From contig JBBIRK010000003.1 in assembly GCA_037441845.1 (NCBI GenBank), positions 96,001 through 160,000 on the forward strand: a stretch of DNA of 64,000 nt, read 5' to 3'. Origin of the DNA: Candidatus Zixiibacteriota bacterium. Its GTDB lineage: Bacteria > Zixibacteria > MSB-5A5 > UBA10806 > 4484-95. The notes below the pieces were generated by a model. That model was not told the DNA's origin, ran no database searches, and saw only the letters and a list, made by a program, of their open reading frames with translations. Positions 1 through 9,102 of this stretch are shown piece after piece. Both the position numbers and the translations under genes were made by a program. Positions within the stretch are counted from its first letter, which is position 1; each line of letters begins with the position of its first letter.

Positions 1-144
1 ACCAGCCGCGGGCTGACCGAAGATGAAGCCCGCCTGCTGATTATAAACGGATTCATCGAGCCGTTCACCAAAGAGCTGCCGATGGAATACGCCGTTGAAT
101 TGAATCGTCTCATTGAGTTGGAAATGGAGGGCTCGGTAGGATGA
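1..144 (+). CDS. sufB: Fe-S cluster assembly protein SufB, C-terminal fragment (gene starts before the window)
   Basis: Frame 1 reads [47 protein letters not shown], the conserved SufB C-terminus; ATGA overlap with sufD. Confidence 0.95.
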   Translation, partial: TSRGLTEDEARLLIINGFIEPFTKELPMEYAVELNRLIELEMEGSVG

Positions 145-1463
145 ACAAGCCGATCGACTTTTCAATAGATAGTGAAAGCACGATTAAATCAGGATTGAGC
201 GAATTCCGGGAAAAGCGGGCCGACGAGCCGGAATGGCTGTATGATCTCCGGAAAGAAGGGTGGTCGCGATATAATGAAATGCCGGCGCCCAGCCGAGTTT
301 CTCATTTATGGCGATACTCCGATCCGCGGCTTTTCTTCGTGCGTTCCGTCTCCGAGGCGATAAACCAATTTCCCGGAGAGGATCGCGGCGGACTCGGCGA
401 AACGGAACAAATCGATACGGAGCTTGCAGGTTACGGCCGGAATTACGCCGATCGGTCCTCGATTTTTATTCTGCAGCCGCAATATCGCAAGTCAGGAATC
501 ATATTTGCCGAATTGTCTCGGGCAAGCCTGGCTGATCCCTCTCTTGTGAGCCGTTACCTGGGTAAACTGGTCGGCGCCGATTTCGGCAAATTCGAAGCGT
601 TCAACCTCGCCGCTTGGAACATCGGCGCTTTGCTATATATTCCCGACAACGTCATAATCGACAAGCCGTTTTATATCCTCCGCCATCCCGCGGGCCCGGC
701 GACGATCACCCGACTGCTGGTGATGGTCGGCAGAAATTCCGAGGCCACGATCATCGACGATTACAACTGCCATTGCCGCCACGAGGGCGAGATCTTGAAC
801 AACGTGGTGGAGTTGTTCGCCGAGGCCGACGCCTGTGTAAACTATGTTCAAATCCAAAGATTGGGACCGGCGGCAAAAGTCCATACGACGGAACGCCTGG
901 CGCTCGGCTCCCATGCCCGCGGCCGTTCGATATTCGTATCAGTGGGTGGGCATACGGCCAAAATCAACTCTGGAGCTATCCTAAGAGGTAAGGGCGCCGA
1001 CAGCCGTATTTACGGGATCGCTTTCGCCGATTCCGACCAGAAATTCGATCATCATACCTATCATCAGCACCAGGCCGCCAATACCTATTCCGATATCGAT
1101 TTCAAGGTGATGCTGAAAGAAAAAGCGGTGTCGGCCTACACCGGTTTGATTAGAATCGAGAAAGATGCTCCCAATTGCGAGGCTTATCAAGAAAATCGAA
1201 ACCTATTGCTCGATGACGGGACGAAAGCCGATTCTATCCCCGAGTTGGAAATCCTCAATGATCAGGTCCGCTGCACTCATGGTGCGACCATGGGACCGGT
1301 CGACCCGGAAATGATATTCTATCTTCGATCGCGGGGCTTTTCCGAGCAGGAGGCGGTTTCCAGTATCGTGCATGGTTTTATCGAACCGACGTTGAATAAA
1401 ATACAACCGAATATAGCTAATGTGGCAAGGGAATTGATTCATCTTAAAATGCAAGAGGATTAG
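141..1463 (+). CDS. sufD: Fe-S cluster assembly protein SufD
   Basis: [17 protein letters not shown] and FYLRSRG motifs; position directly after sufB. Confidence 0.93.
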   Translation: MNKPIDFSIDSESTIKSGLSEFREKRADEPEWLYDLRKEGWSRYNEMPAPSRVSHLWRYSDPRLFFVRSVSEAINQFPGEDRGGLGETEQIDTELAGYGRNYADRSSIFILQPQYRKSGIIFAELSRASLADPSLVSRYLGKLVGADFGKFEAFNLAAWNIGALLYIPDNVIIDKPFYILRHPAGPATITRLLVMVGRNSEATIIDDYNCHCRHEGEILNNVVELFAEADACVNYVQIQRLGPAAKVHTTERLALGSHARGRSIFVSVGGHTAKINSGAILRGKGADSRIYGIAFADSDQKFDHHTYHQHQAANTYSDIDFKVMLKEKAVSAYTGLIRIEKDAPNCEAYQENRNLLLDDGTKADSIPELEILNDQVRCTHGATMGPVDPEMIFYLRSRGFSEQEAVSSIVHGFIEPTLNKIQPNIANVARELIHLKMQED

Positions 1464-1781
1464 ATGGTTGGCGAATTCGTGAGAATTTGTGATGCGGGGG
1501 AGATCGAGGAAGGCAAAACCAAGCTGTTCGATCTGGACGATCGACCGATTATCGTGGGCAAATGGAAAGGCGAGTATTTCGCCTTCGACGGAGTTTGCAC
1601 TCATGACGGCGGCGATATCGGACCCGGCGAAATCGTGGATCGGCAGATCGAATGCCCGCGGCATGGGGCGAGATTCGATATTTTGAGCGGAGCGGCCACC
1701 AGGCTGCCGGCGATCGGCGGGCTTAAACGCCACGAATTGGAGCTTAGGGGAAACAGCCTTTTCATAGCCTTGGCTGATTAG
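1464..1781 (+). CDS. Rieske-type [2Fe-2S] ferredoxin
   Basis: CTH...CPRHGARFD Rieske ligand boxes. Confidence 0.92.
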   Translation: MVGEFVRICDAGEIEEGKTKLFDLDDRPIIVGKWKGEYFAFDGVCTHDGGDIGPGEIVDRQIECPRHGARFDILSGAATRLPAIGGLKRHELELRGNSLFIALAD

Positions 1782-1796
1782 AGCGACGGTAATTAT

Positions 1797-3080
1797 ATGA
1801 GGAAAACCGAAAACGGCCGCGCAATCGGCGCGACCCAGGCTGCTCCGGCGAAAATCGATCCCGTGACGATCAAGGGCGATTTCCCGATTTTCGAGCGTAA
1901 AATACACGGCCGCCGATTGATTTATCTCGACAATGCCGCCACCACCCATAAACCTGAACAGGTGCTGGCCGCGCTGAGCTCATTCTATCGCTACCATAAC
2001 GCCAACGTTCATCGAGGTCTGCATACGCTGGCCGAGGAGGCCACGCTCGCTTATGAGTCGACTCGCAAAAAAGCGGCCGATTTCATCGGCGCGCGCGCTC
2101 CCGAGGAAATCGTCTTTACCCGCAATGCCACCGAGGCCATCAATTTGGTTGCTTACAGTTGGGGAAGGGCCAATATAGGTCCGGGCGATCGGCTTGTCGC
2201 CACTCAGATGGAGCACCACGCCAATCTCGTGCCGTGGATAGTTTTGGCCAATCGGGTCGGCGCCGAATTGAGATACATCCCTATCGATGGCAATGGTGAG
2301 CTCGATTTAGAAGTCCTCCCGGAATTGCTGACTCCCAATACCAGGCTGGTTGCGGTGACGCAAATGTCGAATGTGCTCGGGACCATCAATCCTGTTCGGG
2401 AAATCGGCCGGTTTGCACACCAGGCCGGCGCCTTACTATTGGTGGACGGCGCTCAAGCGGTTCCTCATATGCCCGTGAATGTCACCGATATCGACGCCGA
2501 TTTTTACGTGTTTTCCGCTCACAAAATGCTCGGGCCGACAGGGGTGGGTGTCCTATTTGCCAAGGCCAGTTTGCTCGATACTATGGAGCCGTATAATCTG
2601 GGCGGCGAAATGATCAGCCGGGTTACATTTGAAAGTGTCGATTGGAACCAACCGCCCCACAAATACGAGGCCGGCACTCCTAATATCGCCGGGGTGGCGG
2701 CTTTCGCGACGGCGATCGATTATTTGAAACAGTTGGACCTCGAAGCCGTTCGTAATCATGAGATCGATTTGACCGAATACGCATTGAAAAGACTGGGCGA
2801 GCTTGAACATGTAAAGATTTTCGGACCAGCCGATCCGATGAAACGAGGAGCCGCTATTTCCTTTGTCGACGATAAAATTCATCCCCACGACCTGGCCTCG
2901 GTTCTGGATTCCCGCGGCATCGCGATCAGAGCGGGACATCACTGCGCTCAACCGCTGACCAATCTGCTCGGGCAGATTTCGACCGCCCGGGCGAGCTTTT
3001 ACATATACAACGATCGTGAAGATGTGGATGAGCTTATCGAAGGATTGAAAGCAGCCCGGAGGTTTTTCGGTTATGCCTGA
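1797..3080 (+). CDS. sufS: Cysteine desulfurase, SufS type
   Basis: YLDNAATT, SAHKMLGPTG (PLP lysine), RAGHHCAQP (catalytic Cys). Confidence 0.96.
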   Translation: MRKTENGRAIGATQAAPAKIDPVTIKGDFPIFERKIHGRRLIYLDNAATTHKPEQVLAALSSFYRYHNANVHRGLHTLAEEATLAYESTRKKAADFIGARAPEEIVFTRNATEAINLVAYSWGRANIGPGDRLVATQMEHHANLVPWIVLANRVGAELRYIPIDGNGELDLEVLPELLTPNTRLVAVTQMSNVLGTINPVREIGRFAHQAGALLLVDGAQAVPHMPVNVTDIDADFYVFSAHKMLGPTGVGVLFAKASLLDTMEPYNLGGEMISRVTFESVDWNQPPHKYEAGTPNIAGVAAFATAIDYLKQLDLEAVRNHEIDLTEYALKRLGELEHVKIFGPADPMKRGAAISFVDDKIHPHDLASVLDSRGIAIRAGHHCAQPLTNLLGQISTARASFYIYNDREDVDELIEGLKAARRFFGYA

Positions 3081-3543
3081 TCCCCTCGAAGATTTATATC
3101 GCGAAATCATTCTCGATCATTATCATTCCCCGCGCGGAAACAAAAAAATCGAAAATCCGGATATCAAAAACGAGGGGAAAAATCCGAGTTGCGGCGACGA
3201 AATCGAATTATCCCTTAAACTGGATGACCATAAAATCGATGATATCTCGGTGGCCTGTAAGGGTTGTGCGATTTCGGTGGCCTCCGGATCGCTTTTGGCG
3301 GAAGCCATCAAAGGCAAATCGATCGCCGAGGTAAAAAAGATTGCTTCCGTCGTCAAATCGATGTTGAAAGGAGAGGAAGTTCCTCCAGACGCCGATCTCG
3401 GCGATATCGAAGTGTTGAAAACGGTCAATAAATTCCCGGTGCGGGTAAAATGCGCTTTGCTCTCATGGGTGACTTTGATCGACTGTCTCGAAGCATTGGA
3501 GCACCGTTCGGGGGCGAAGATATCCACCACGGAACAGCCATGA
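3073..3543 (+). CDS. sufU: SUF system sulfur-transfer/scaffold protein SufU
   Basis: LYREIILDHY, NPSCGD, GCAIS, RVKCALL. Confidence 0.95.
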   Translation: MPDPLEDLYREIILDHYHSPRGNKKIENPDIKNEGKNPSCGDEIELSLKLDDHKIDDISVACKGCAISVASGSLLAEAIKGKSIAEVKKIASVVKSMLKGEEVPPDADLGDIEVLKTVNKFPVRVKCALLSWVTLIDCLEALEHRSGAKISTTEQP

Positions 3544-3845
3544 TCGATACGGAAAATATCCGCCGGAAAATCGCCGATGTCAAGGATCCGGAGTTGGGGC
3601 TTGGAGTAGTGGACCTGGGCTTGATCTACGATATAGAGGTCCTCGATGACGGGCTGGTCAGAATCGCCATGACATTGACGACTCCTTATTGTCCTTATGG
3701 TCCGCAGCTGGTGGCTCAAGTGCAGAAAGCGGCGGCGACTGTCGAGGGAGTCAGCCGGGCGGAGGTGAATGTGGTCTGGGAACCACCATGGAACCCCTCC
3801 GAGATGGCGACGCCTTATGCCAAAGACGTTTTGGGAATTTGGTGA
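3540..3845 (+). CDS. DUF59/SufT/PaaD-like metal-sulfur cluster biosynthesis protein (start revised to ATG 3540)
   Basis: DPELGLGVVDLGLIY, MTLTTPYCPYG, VWEPPW; ATGA overlap with the sufU stop. Confidence 0.9.
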   Translation: MIDTENIRRKIADVKDPELGLGVVDLGLIYDIEVLDDGLVRIAMTLTTPYCPYGPQLVAQVQKAAATVEGVSRAEVNVVWEPPWNPSEMATPYAKDVLGIW

Positions 3846-3871
3846 ATCGTGTAAGTGATTTTTATTTCGTC

Positions 3872-3887
3872 GCCGTCGACCGACAGC
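3872..3887 (-). promoter_or_regulatory. Candidate bacterial SECIS hairpin GCUGUC-GGUC-GACGGC
   Basis: Stem begins 13 nt after the UGA; GGUC apical loop; includes a G-U pair that only forms on the minus-strand RNA. Confidence 0.45.
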
Positions 3888-3890
3888 CGG

Positions 3891-4304
3891 CTATTTTTTT
3901 CAGCCGCAGCCGCAGGACCTGATATTGTTTACGTCCAAAGTCGATTTCAATACCGCGCTCAGCTCAAGCTCCCGACCATCATAAGTAATCGATTCGATCG
4001 CCGTGGGTTCTCCCGCCGATGCGGCGATATCTCCGATTAGGGCGCCGATCGCCGATGACAGTGCCTTGAAATGCTTGAAATATAAAAACGACGACAAGCC
4101 GTCATCCGGAGCATGTCCAGCGACGAATTCCTTTGGAGACAATTTCGCGAAATCAACGATGCGCATTCCTTTCACCAGCGAAATCAGCAGATCCTCTTGT
4201 CCCACTGATCCTCCGCAGGTGATTTTGGCGAGAGAGTAATTCGTAATACGGCCGCTCTCGTCCAATCGCAGTTTTATGATTTCGGTGATATCTTTACAGG
4301 GCAT
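3891..4304 (-). CDS. Small Cys-rich hypothetical protein (MPCKDITE...SCGCG); ends at TGA 3900-3902, or reads through as Sec to TAG 3891-3893
   Basis: 3' part of ORF 3900..4640 from ATG 4304, which lies clear of the upstream gene. It ends TGC GGC TGC GGC TGA AAA AAA TAG and is followed by a hairpin. Confidence 0.65.
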
Positions 4305-4372
4305 CTTGATGACGATTACTAAATTCGGGTTCGCTTGGTTCCCGCTCTTATGTCCAAGGTTTTCGATCCGGA

Positions 4373-5524
4373 TCAGGAGATGCCGTCGATAGCAATTCCC
4401 CGATCGGCCAGCTCTTTCAGGAATGCGGCGACCGGAACGCATTTTTCCTGCGGCAGCACACCACGATGTTCGATCAATCCCATGGCCTGCATGCGGGAGA
4501 TTATAGCCGCCGGAAAAGCCGTCATCCGCATCATGGAGGTCATTTTCGGATTGATAGTAGCTCGGTCGATTATAGTCAACGAATGCTTTTTGTCGCCGCC
4601 GGTGAAATCGACCCGCACCAAGGTAGTGTCCTCCCGGCATAACGGAATGTTTTTCTCGATCAAAGCCGCGGTCAGTTTACGAGGGGTGATCGCGCCCGAT
4701 TCGAATGCCATCGGTTCACTCGAAAATAGGCCGAGCTCGAAAATCGCCCGAATGGCGATGCAATGGCCGGGGTAGCGTATCGTCTTATAATCCAAATTTT
4801 TCAAGCGATTTCCATAAGTGTCGACCAGAGTCGATGTTCCTCCGGAGGTCGTGAAAGCCTCGAGTTTGCCGAAAGGCGCCGGGAATTCGATTTCTTCGAT
4901 ATCGCTCAGCGGTTCTATAATTTCGATTCGGCCGTTTCGCAGACGCCTTACCGGTTCGACATATTCGTTTATAAGCCCCTCGACCGAGAACAACCGGCCG
5001 TATTTCAAGGTGCCCTCGGGTTTCAGCGGCAACCCTCCGACCCGAATCCGTACCGTATCCACCCAATCGAATCTCTCGACTCCCCAACGCACCAGCACGG
5101 AAACCATGCCGGGAGCCAATCCGCAATCGGGAATAATGGATACTCCTGCTTTTTTCGCCGACTCGTTCAACTCGATCTGCCGATCGACTATCGAGCTGTT
5201 GCCGCCCATATCGCACATGTGCCTGCCTGTGGCTATCGCCAGCCGGGTCAATTCGAGATTAAGGCCATAGTGCATGGCTGCGATAGCGCAATCGACCCGG
5301 GCCAGCAAAGCGGTCACCTGATTACGATCCGTCGCCTCGAGATTGACGGTTTCCAGCCTATTATCTGCCAGAAACGATCTGCAATTCTCCAACGATCGAG
5401 GGTTGATGTCGGCGAGAATCACCCTTTCGGTGTCGCGGTGGCGCAATAAATCGTAGGCCACGGCGCGCCCCATCAACCCTGCACCCAGCACCGCGTATTT
5501 GAAATTTCCGCCCGAGTCGGTCAT
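4373..5524 (-). CDS. Saccharopine dehydrogenase / lysine 6-dehydrogenase family oxidoreductase
   Basis: GAGLMG Rossmann motif, DMGGN, CGLAPG, YKTIRYPGH. Confidence 0.88.
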   Translation of the reverse strand: MTDSGGNFKYAVLGAGLMGRAVAYDLLRHRDTERVILADINPRSLENCRSFLADNRLETVNLEATDRNQVTALLARVDCAIAAMHYGLNLELTRLAIATGRHMCDMGGNSSIVDRQIELNESAKKAGVSIIPDCGLAPGMVSVLVRWGVERFDWVDTVRIRVGGLPLKPEGTLKYGRLFSVEGLINEYVEPVRRLRNGRIEIIEPLSDIEEIEFPAPFGKLEAFTTSGGTSTLVDTYGNRLKNLDYKTIRYPGHCIAIRAIFELGLFSSEPMAFESGAITPRKLTAALIEKNIPLCREDTTLVRVDFTGGDKKHSLTIIDRATINPKMTSMMRMTAFPAAIISRMQAMGLIEHRGVLPQEKCVPVAAFLKELADRGIAIDGIS

Positions 5525-5597
5525 TCTATCGATTCATTACCTTAAATACCGATAGAGCACGAACAAACCATGCAGCTTATTTTACGCCCGCGTTCGA

Positions 5598-8315
5598 TTA
5601 TTGCTCATTCAAGATATTTCTCAAGACGAACTGCAATATCCCGCCGTGCCGGTAGTATTCGATTTCGATCGGAGTATCGATTCGGCATATCGTATCGAAT
5701 CTGCCTTTTTTCCCGTCGTCGCGCGTATAGCTTACACTTACTTTTTGCAGCGGCTTCAGATTATCGTCGATATCAATCTGAAATACCTCTTTGCCGCTGA
5801 GTCCGAGCGCGGCCGCGTTCTGACCGTTTTCGAATTGCAGCGGCAAAATTCCCATGCCGACCAGATTGCTCCTGTGAATCCTTTCGAATGATTCGGCGAT
5901 CACCGCTTTGATCCCGAGCAGATACGGTCCTTTTGCCGCCCAATCGCGACTCGAGCCCATGCCGTAATCGATACCGGCAAGGACGATGGTGGGGATATTT
6001 TCCGCCTTGTAGCGCACCGAGGCCTCGTAGATTGAGATAACTTCATTCGATGGGAAATGCGTCGTCCAGCCGCCCTCGGTGCCCGGCGCAAGCTGGTTTT
6101 TGAGTCGGATATTGGCGAAAGTGCCTCGGGTCATGATTTTGTCGTTGCCGCGGCGCGAGCCGTATGAGTTGAAATCTTTCGGGCTGATTCCCAAGCTGAT
6201 CAAATACTGTCCCGCGGGGCTTTTCTGGGAGATCGATCCGGCCGGGCTTATATGGTCGGTGGTCACGCTGTTGCCGACTTTCACCAGCACGCGGGCGTTT
6301 TTAATCGGCGTTATCTTGCCCGGTTCCTTCCGCATATCTTTGAAGAAAGGCGGCTGTTGAATGTAAGTGCTGGCCTCGTTCCATTCGTAAAGCGCCCCGC
6401 CTTTCAGGGGAATTTCGTTCCAGAGCCGATTGGCCTTTTCGATATTCGCGTAGGTTTTGTTATAAACATCAGCGCTTATGGCTTTCCCCAGATATTCGGA
6501 GATCTCTTGTTCGGTCGGCCAGATATCTTTCAGGAAAACTTCTTTACCGCCGTTTCTGCCGATCGGTTCCGTCGATAGGTCTATATCGATCGTTCCGGCG
6601 ATAGCATAAGCCACGACCAGCGGGGGGGATGCCAGGTAATTGGCGCGCGTATCCGGGTGAACTCTCCCCTCGAAATTGCGGTTGCCCGAAAGCACGCTCG
6701 CCACCACCAGTTTGTTCTGCGCGATCGCTTGCGAGATCGATTCTTCGAGCGGGCCGCTGTTGCCGATACAAGTGGTGCATCCATAGCCGACATTGTAAAA
6801 ACCCAGTTTTTCGAGGTATGGCAGCAAACCTGAACTCGAGAGGTACTCCGTCACCACCCGTGATCCCGGCGCCAGGCTCGTTTTCACGTAAGGTTTCGAT
6901 TTCAGTCCGTGTTCGACAGCTTTCTTGGCCAAAAGTCCGGCAGCGATCATCACCGACGGATTGCTGGTGTTGGTGCAACTGGTGATTGCGGCTATTACCA
7001 CGTCACCGTTTTTCAATTCGACGGTCTCGCCTCTTGCACTGATTGCGCATTTGGCGCCGACCGCATCCTGGCTTAAACCGAACCCCTGTTGCTCGATCGG
7101 GGCTGCGAGGTTTTTTCTCCAATTGGCTTTCACCTCGGAAAGATTCAATCGATCCTGCGGTCTTTTCGGTCCGGCTATGCCCGGCTTGATTGTGGAAAGG
7201 TCCAGCTCGATAATGTCTTTGAATTCGGGTTCGGGTGCGTCATCGCTGCGGAAAAGATCTTGTTCCTTGCAGTATTTTTCCACCAATTCGATCGTTTCCG
7301 CCGCTCTGCCTGAAATTTTAAGGAATTGGAGTGTTTGCGAATCGACCGGGAAAAATCCCATGGTGGCGCCGTATTCGGGAGCCATATTGGCGATCGTCGC
7401 CCGATCGGGAACGCTCATTTTCGCCAGACCGGGTCCCGTGAATTCCACGAATTTGCCCACCACCCCTTTCTTGCGCAATATCTGAGTGATCGCCAGCACG
7501 ATATCGGTGGCGGTGACTCCCCGCGGTATTTCGCCGAACAACTTGAATCCAATGACCTCGGGAGCGAGCATATAGGTGGGCTGCCCCAGCATAACCGCCT
7601 CGGCCTCGATTCCTCCCACTCCCCAGCCGAGCACCCCCAGCCCGTTGATCATGGTGGTGTGAGAATCGGTGCCCACGAGAGAATCGGGGAATGCGAAGCT
7701 ATCTTTATCCACGGCGGCGACCTGCACCACGCTCGCCAGATATTCGAGATTGACCTGATGGCAGATTCCGCTTGCCGGGGGGATTATGCGAAGGTTTTGC
7801 AGAAATTGCTGACCCCAGCGCAAAAATTCATACCGTTCGCGATTGCGTTCGAATTCGAGCCGCGCGTTTTCGGCCATCGCCTCCGCTGAATTATAGTAAT
7901 CGACGCTGACGCTGTGGTCGATTACCAGATCCACCGGAACTTGGGGATTGATTTTTTGAGGATCCCCGCCCAAGTCAGCCATCGCCGCCCGCATCGCCGC
8001 CAGATCCACGACGCAGGGAACGCCGGTGAAATCTTGAAGCAGCACTCTTGCCGGTTTGAACGGAATCTCGCTGGCTGGCGGGTTTTTCGGATCATATTTC
8101 GCAAGCTTGATTATGTCGTCTTTTCTGACGTCCTTACCGCTTTCGGCGCGCACCAAAGATTCGAGCAGAATTTTGATCGAATAGGGAAGACGCCCCAGAT
8201 TCAGGTCCAATCGTTCCGCCAATTTCCTCAGGCTGTAATAATTAATTCGTCCCCGTGTCGTTTCCAATACATCGAGCGTTTGAAACGAGTCAACGCTTCT
8301 TTTCATGCTTATCAT
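5598..8315 (-). CDS. acnA: Aconitate hydratase A (IRP-like)
   Basis: [45 protein letters not shown]. Confidence 0.97.
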   Translation of the reverse strand: MISMKRSVDSFQTLDVLETTRGRINYYSLRKLAERLDLNLGRLPYSIKILLESLVRAESGKDVRKDDIIKLAKYDPKNPPASEIPFKPARVLLQDFTGVPCVVDLAAMRAAMADLGGDPQKINPQVPVDLVIDHSVSVDYYNSAEAMAENARLEFERNRERYEFLRWGQQFLQNLRIIPPASGICHQVNLEYLASVVQVAAVDKDSFAFPDSLVGTDSHTTMINGLGVLGWGVGGIEAEAVMLGQPTYMLAPEVIGFKLFGEIPRGVTATDIVLAITQILRKKGVVGKFVEFTGPGLAKMSVPDRATIANMAPEYGATMGFFPVDSQTLQFLKISGRAAETIELVEKYCKEQDLFRSDDAPEPEFKDIIELDLSTIKPGIAGPKRPQDRLNLSEVKANWRKNLAAPIEQQGFGLSQDAVGAKCAISARGETVELKNGDVVIAAITSCTNTSNPSVMIAAGLLAKKAVEHGLKSKPYVKTSLAPGSRVVTEYLSSSGLLPYLEKLGFYNVGYGCTTCIGNSGPLEESISQAIAQNKLVVASVLSGNRNFEGRVHPDTRANYLASPPLVVAYAIAGTIDIDLSTEPIGRNGGKEVFLKDIWPTEQEISEYLGKAISADVYNKTYANIEKANRLWNEIPLKGGALYEWNEASTYIQQPPFFKDMRKEPGKITPIKNARVLVKVGNSVTTDHISPAGSISQKSPAGQYLISLGISPKDFNSYGSRRGNDKIMTRGTFANIRLKNQLAPGTEGGWTTHFPSNEVISIYEASVRYKAENIPTIVLAGIDYGMGSSRDWAAKGPYLLGIKAVIAESFERIHRSNLVGMGILPLQFENGQNAAALGLSGKEVFQIDIDDNLKPLQKVSVSYTRDDGKKGRFDTICRIDTPIEIEYYRHGGILQFVLRNILNEQ

Positions 8316-8351
8316 GACCTCACTCCTTCATAAACGCAATACCGCACCCGC

Positions 8352-8834
8352 CTATTTGACGCCTTCCATCAATCTGTTGATTTTGGCGATATGGCTGGAT
8401 TCGAACTTGACCAGATATTCGTAGGTTTCCCGCCCTTTCGGATCGGTCGTCTTTTTGGCAAGATCCGAATAAAGGTTCTTTGCTCTTTCCTCGAGAATCA
8501 GGGCGATTTCGAACACCTGCCGAGGAGTCGATGATTCCGATACTCTGTCGATCAAATCGTTATGCACGCCTTCCATTTTCTCGTCGATATCGGGAAGTCC
8601 CGGGCGTTTGAGAATGTCGTTATAGGTCACCCACATCTCCGACCTGACCAGACTGTCGTATTGCCCCTCGAGAATCCGATAATGCTCTTTTTCCTCGAAA
8701 GCCAACGTGCGCAAAGTGGCCTTGAGCTGCTCATCGGCGATAATCTTTATGCATTTGTTGTAGAATACGTATGCCGCCAATTCGGCTTGTATTCCCTTGT
8801 TCAATCCTTCCAAGGCGAATTTGTCCGCCGCCAT
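8352..8834 (-). CDS. Ferritin-like (rubrerythrin-family) diiron protein
   Basis: Paired E...EEKEH and E...ESSH ligand motifs; AAGGAG RBS. Confidence 0.85.
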   Translation of the reverse strand: MAADKFALEGLNKGIQAELAAYVFYNKCIKIIADEQLKATLRTLAFEEKEHYRILEGQYDSLVRSEMWVTYNDILKRPGLPDIDEKMEGVHNDLIDRVSESSTPRQVFEIALILEERAKNLYSDLAKKTTDPKGRETYEYLVKFESSHIAKINRLMEGVK

Positions 8835-8882
8835 GCTGATGCTCCTTTATGGTGATAATTTATTTTCCTCGACATAGCTGAC

Positions 8883-8911
8883 AATTTATCAGGCGGGATA
8901 TACTTTGTCAA
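8883..8911 (-). promoter_or_regulatory. Sigma70-type promoter for the ferritin-like/acnA cluster
   Basis: TTGACA-17 nt-TAAATT with an extended -10 TG. Confidence 0.6.
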
Positions 8912-9102
8912 CGACTGCCTTATTCGGAGGCATTTTCGAATAAGTCGAAACCGAAACCGATATATGGCGTTTATCTAAGTGTATGGCGCTCTATGATGCA
9001 AAGGATATTTAGAGTTTGATATTTGCCGCTTTGGCTGTTATTTATTCCAACCATGGACAAGCGAATCCGATGACGAAAAAACGATCCATCAATGGAGGAT
9101 AA

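Noticed and set aside
8835..8880. Iron-responsive element (CAGUG loop) for AcnA binding in the ferritin-like leader
   Set aside because: No CAGUGN-loop hairpin found on the coding strand.
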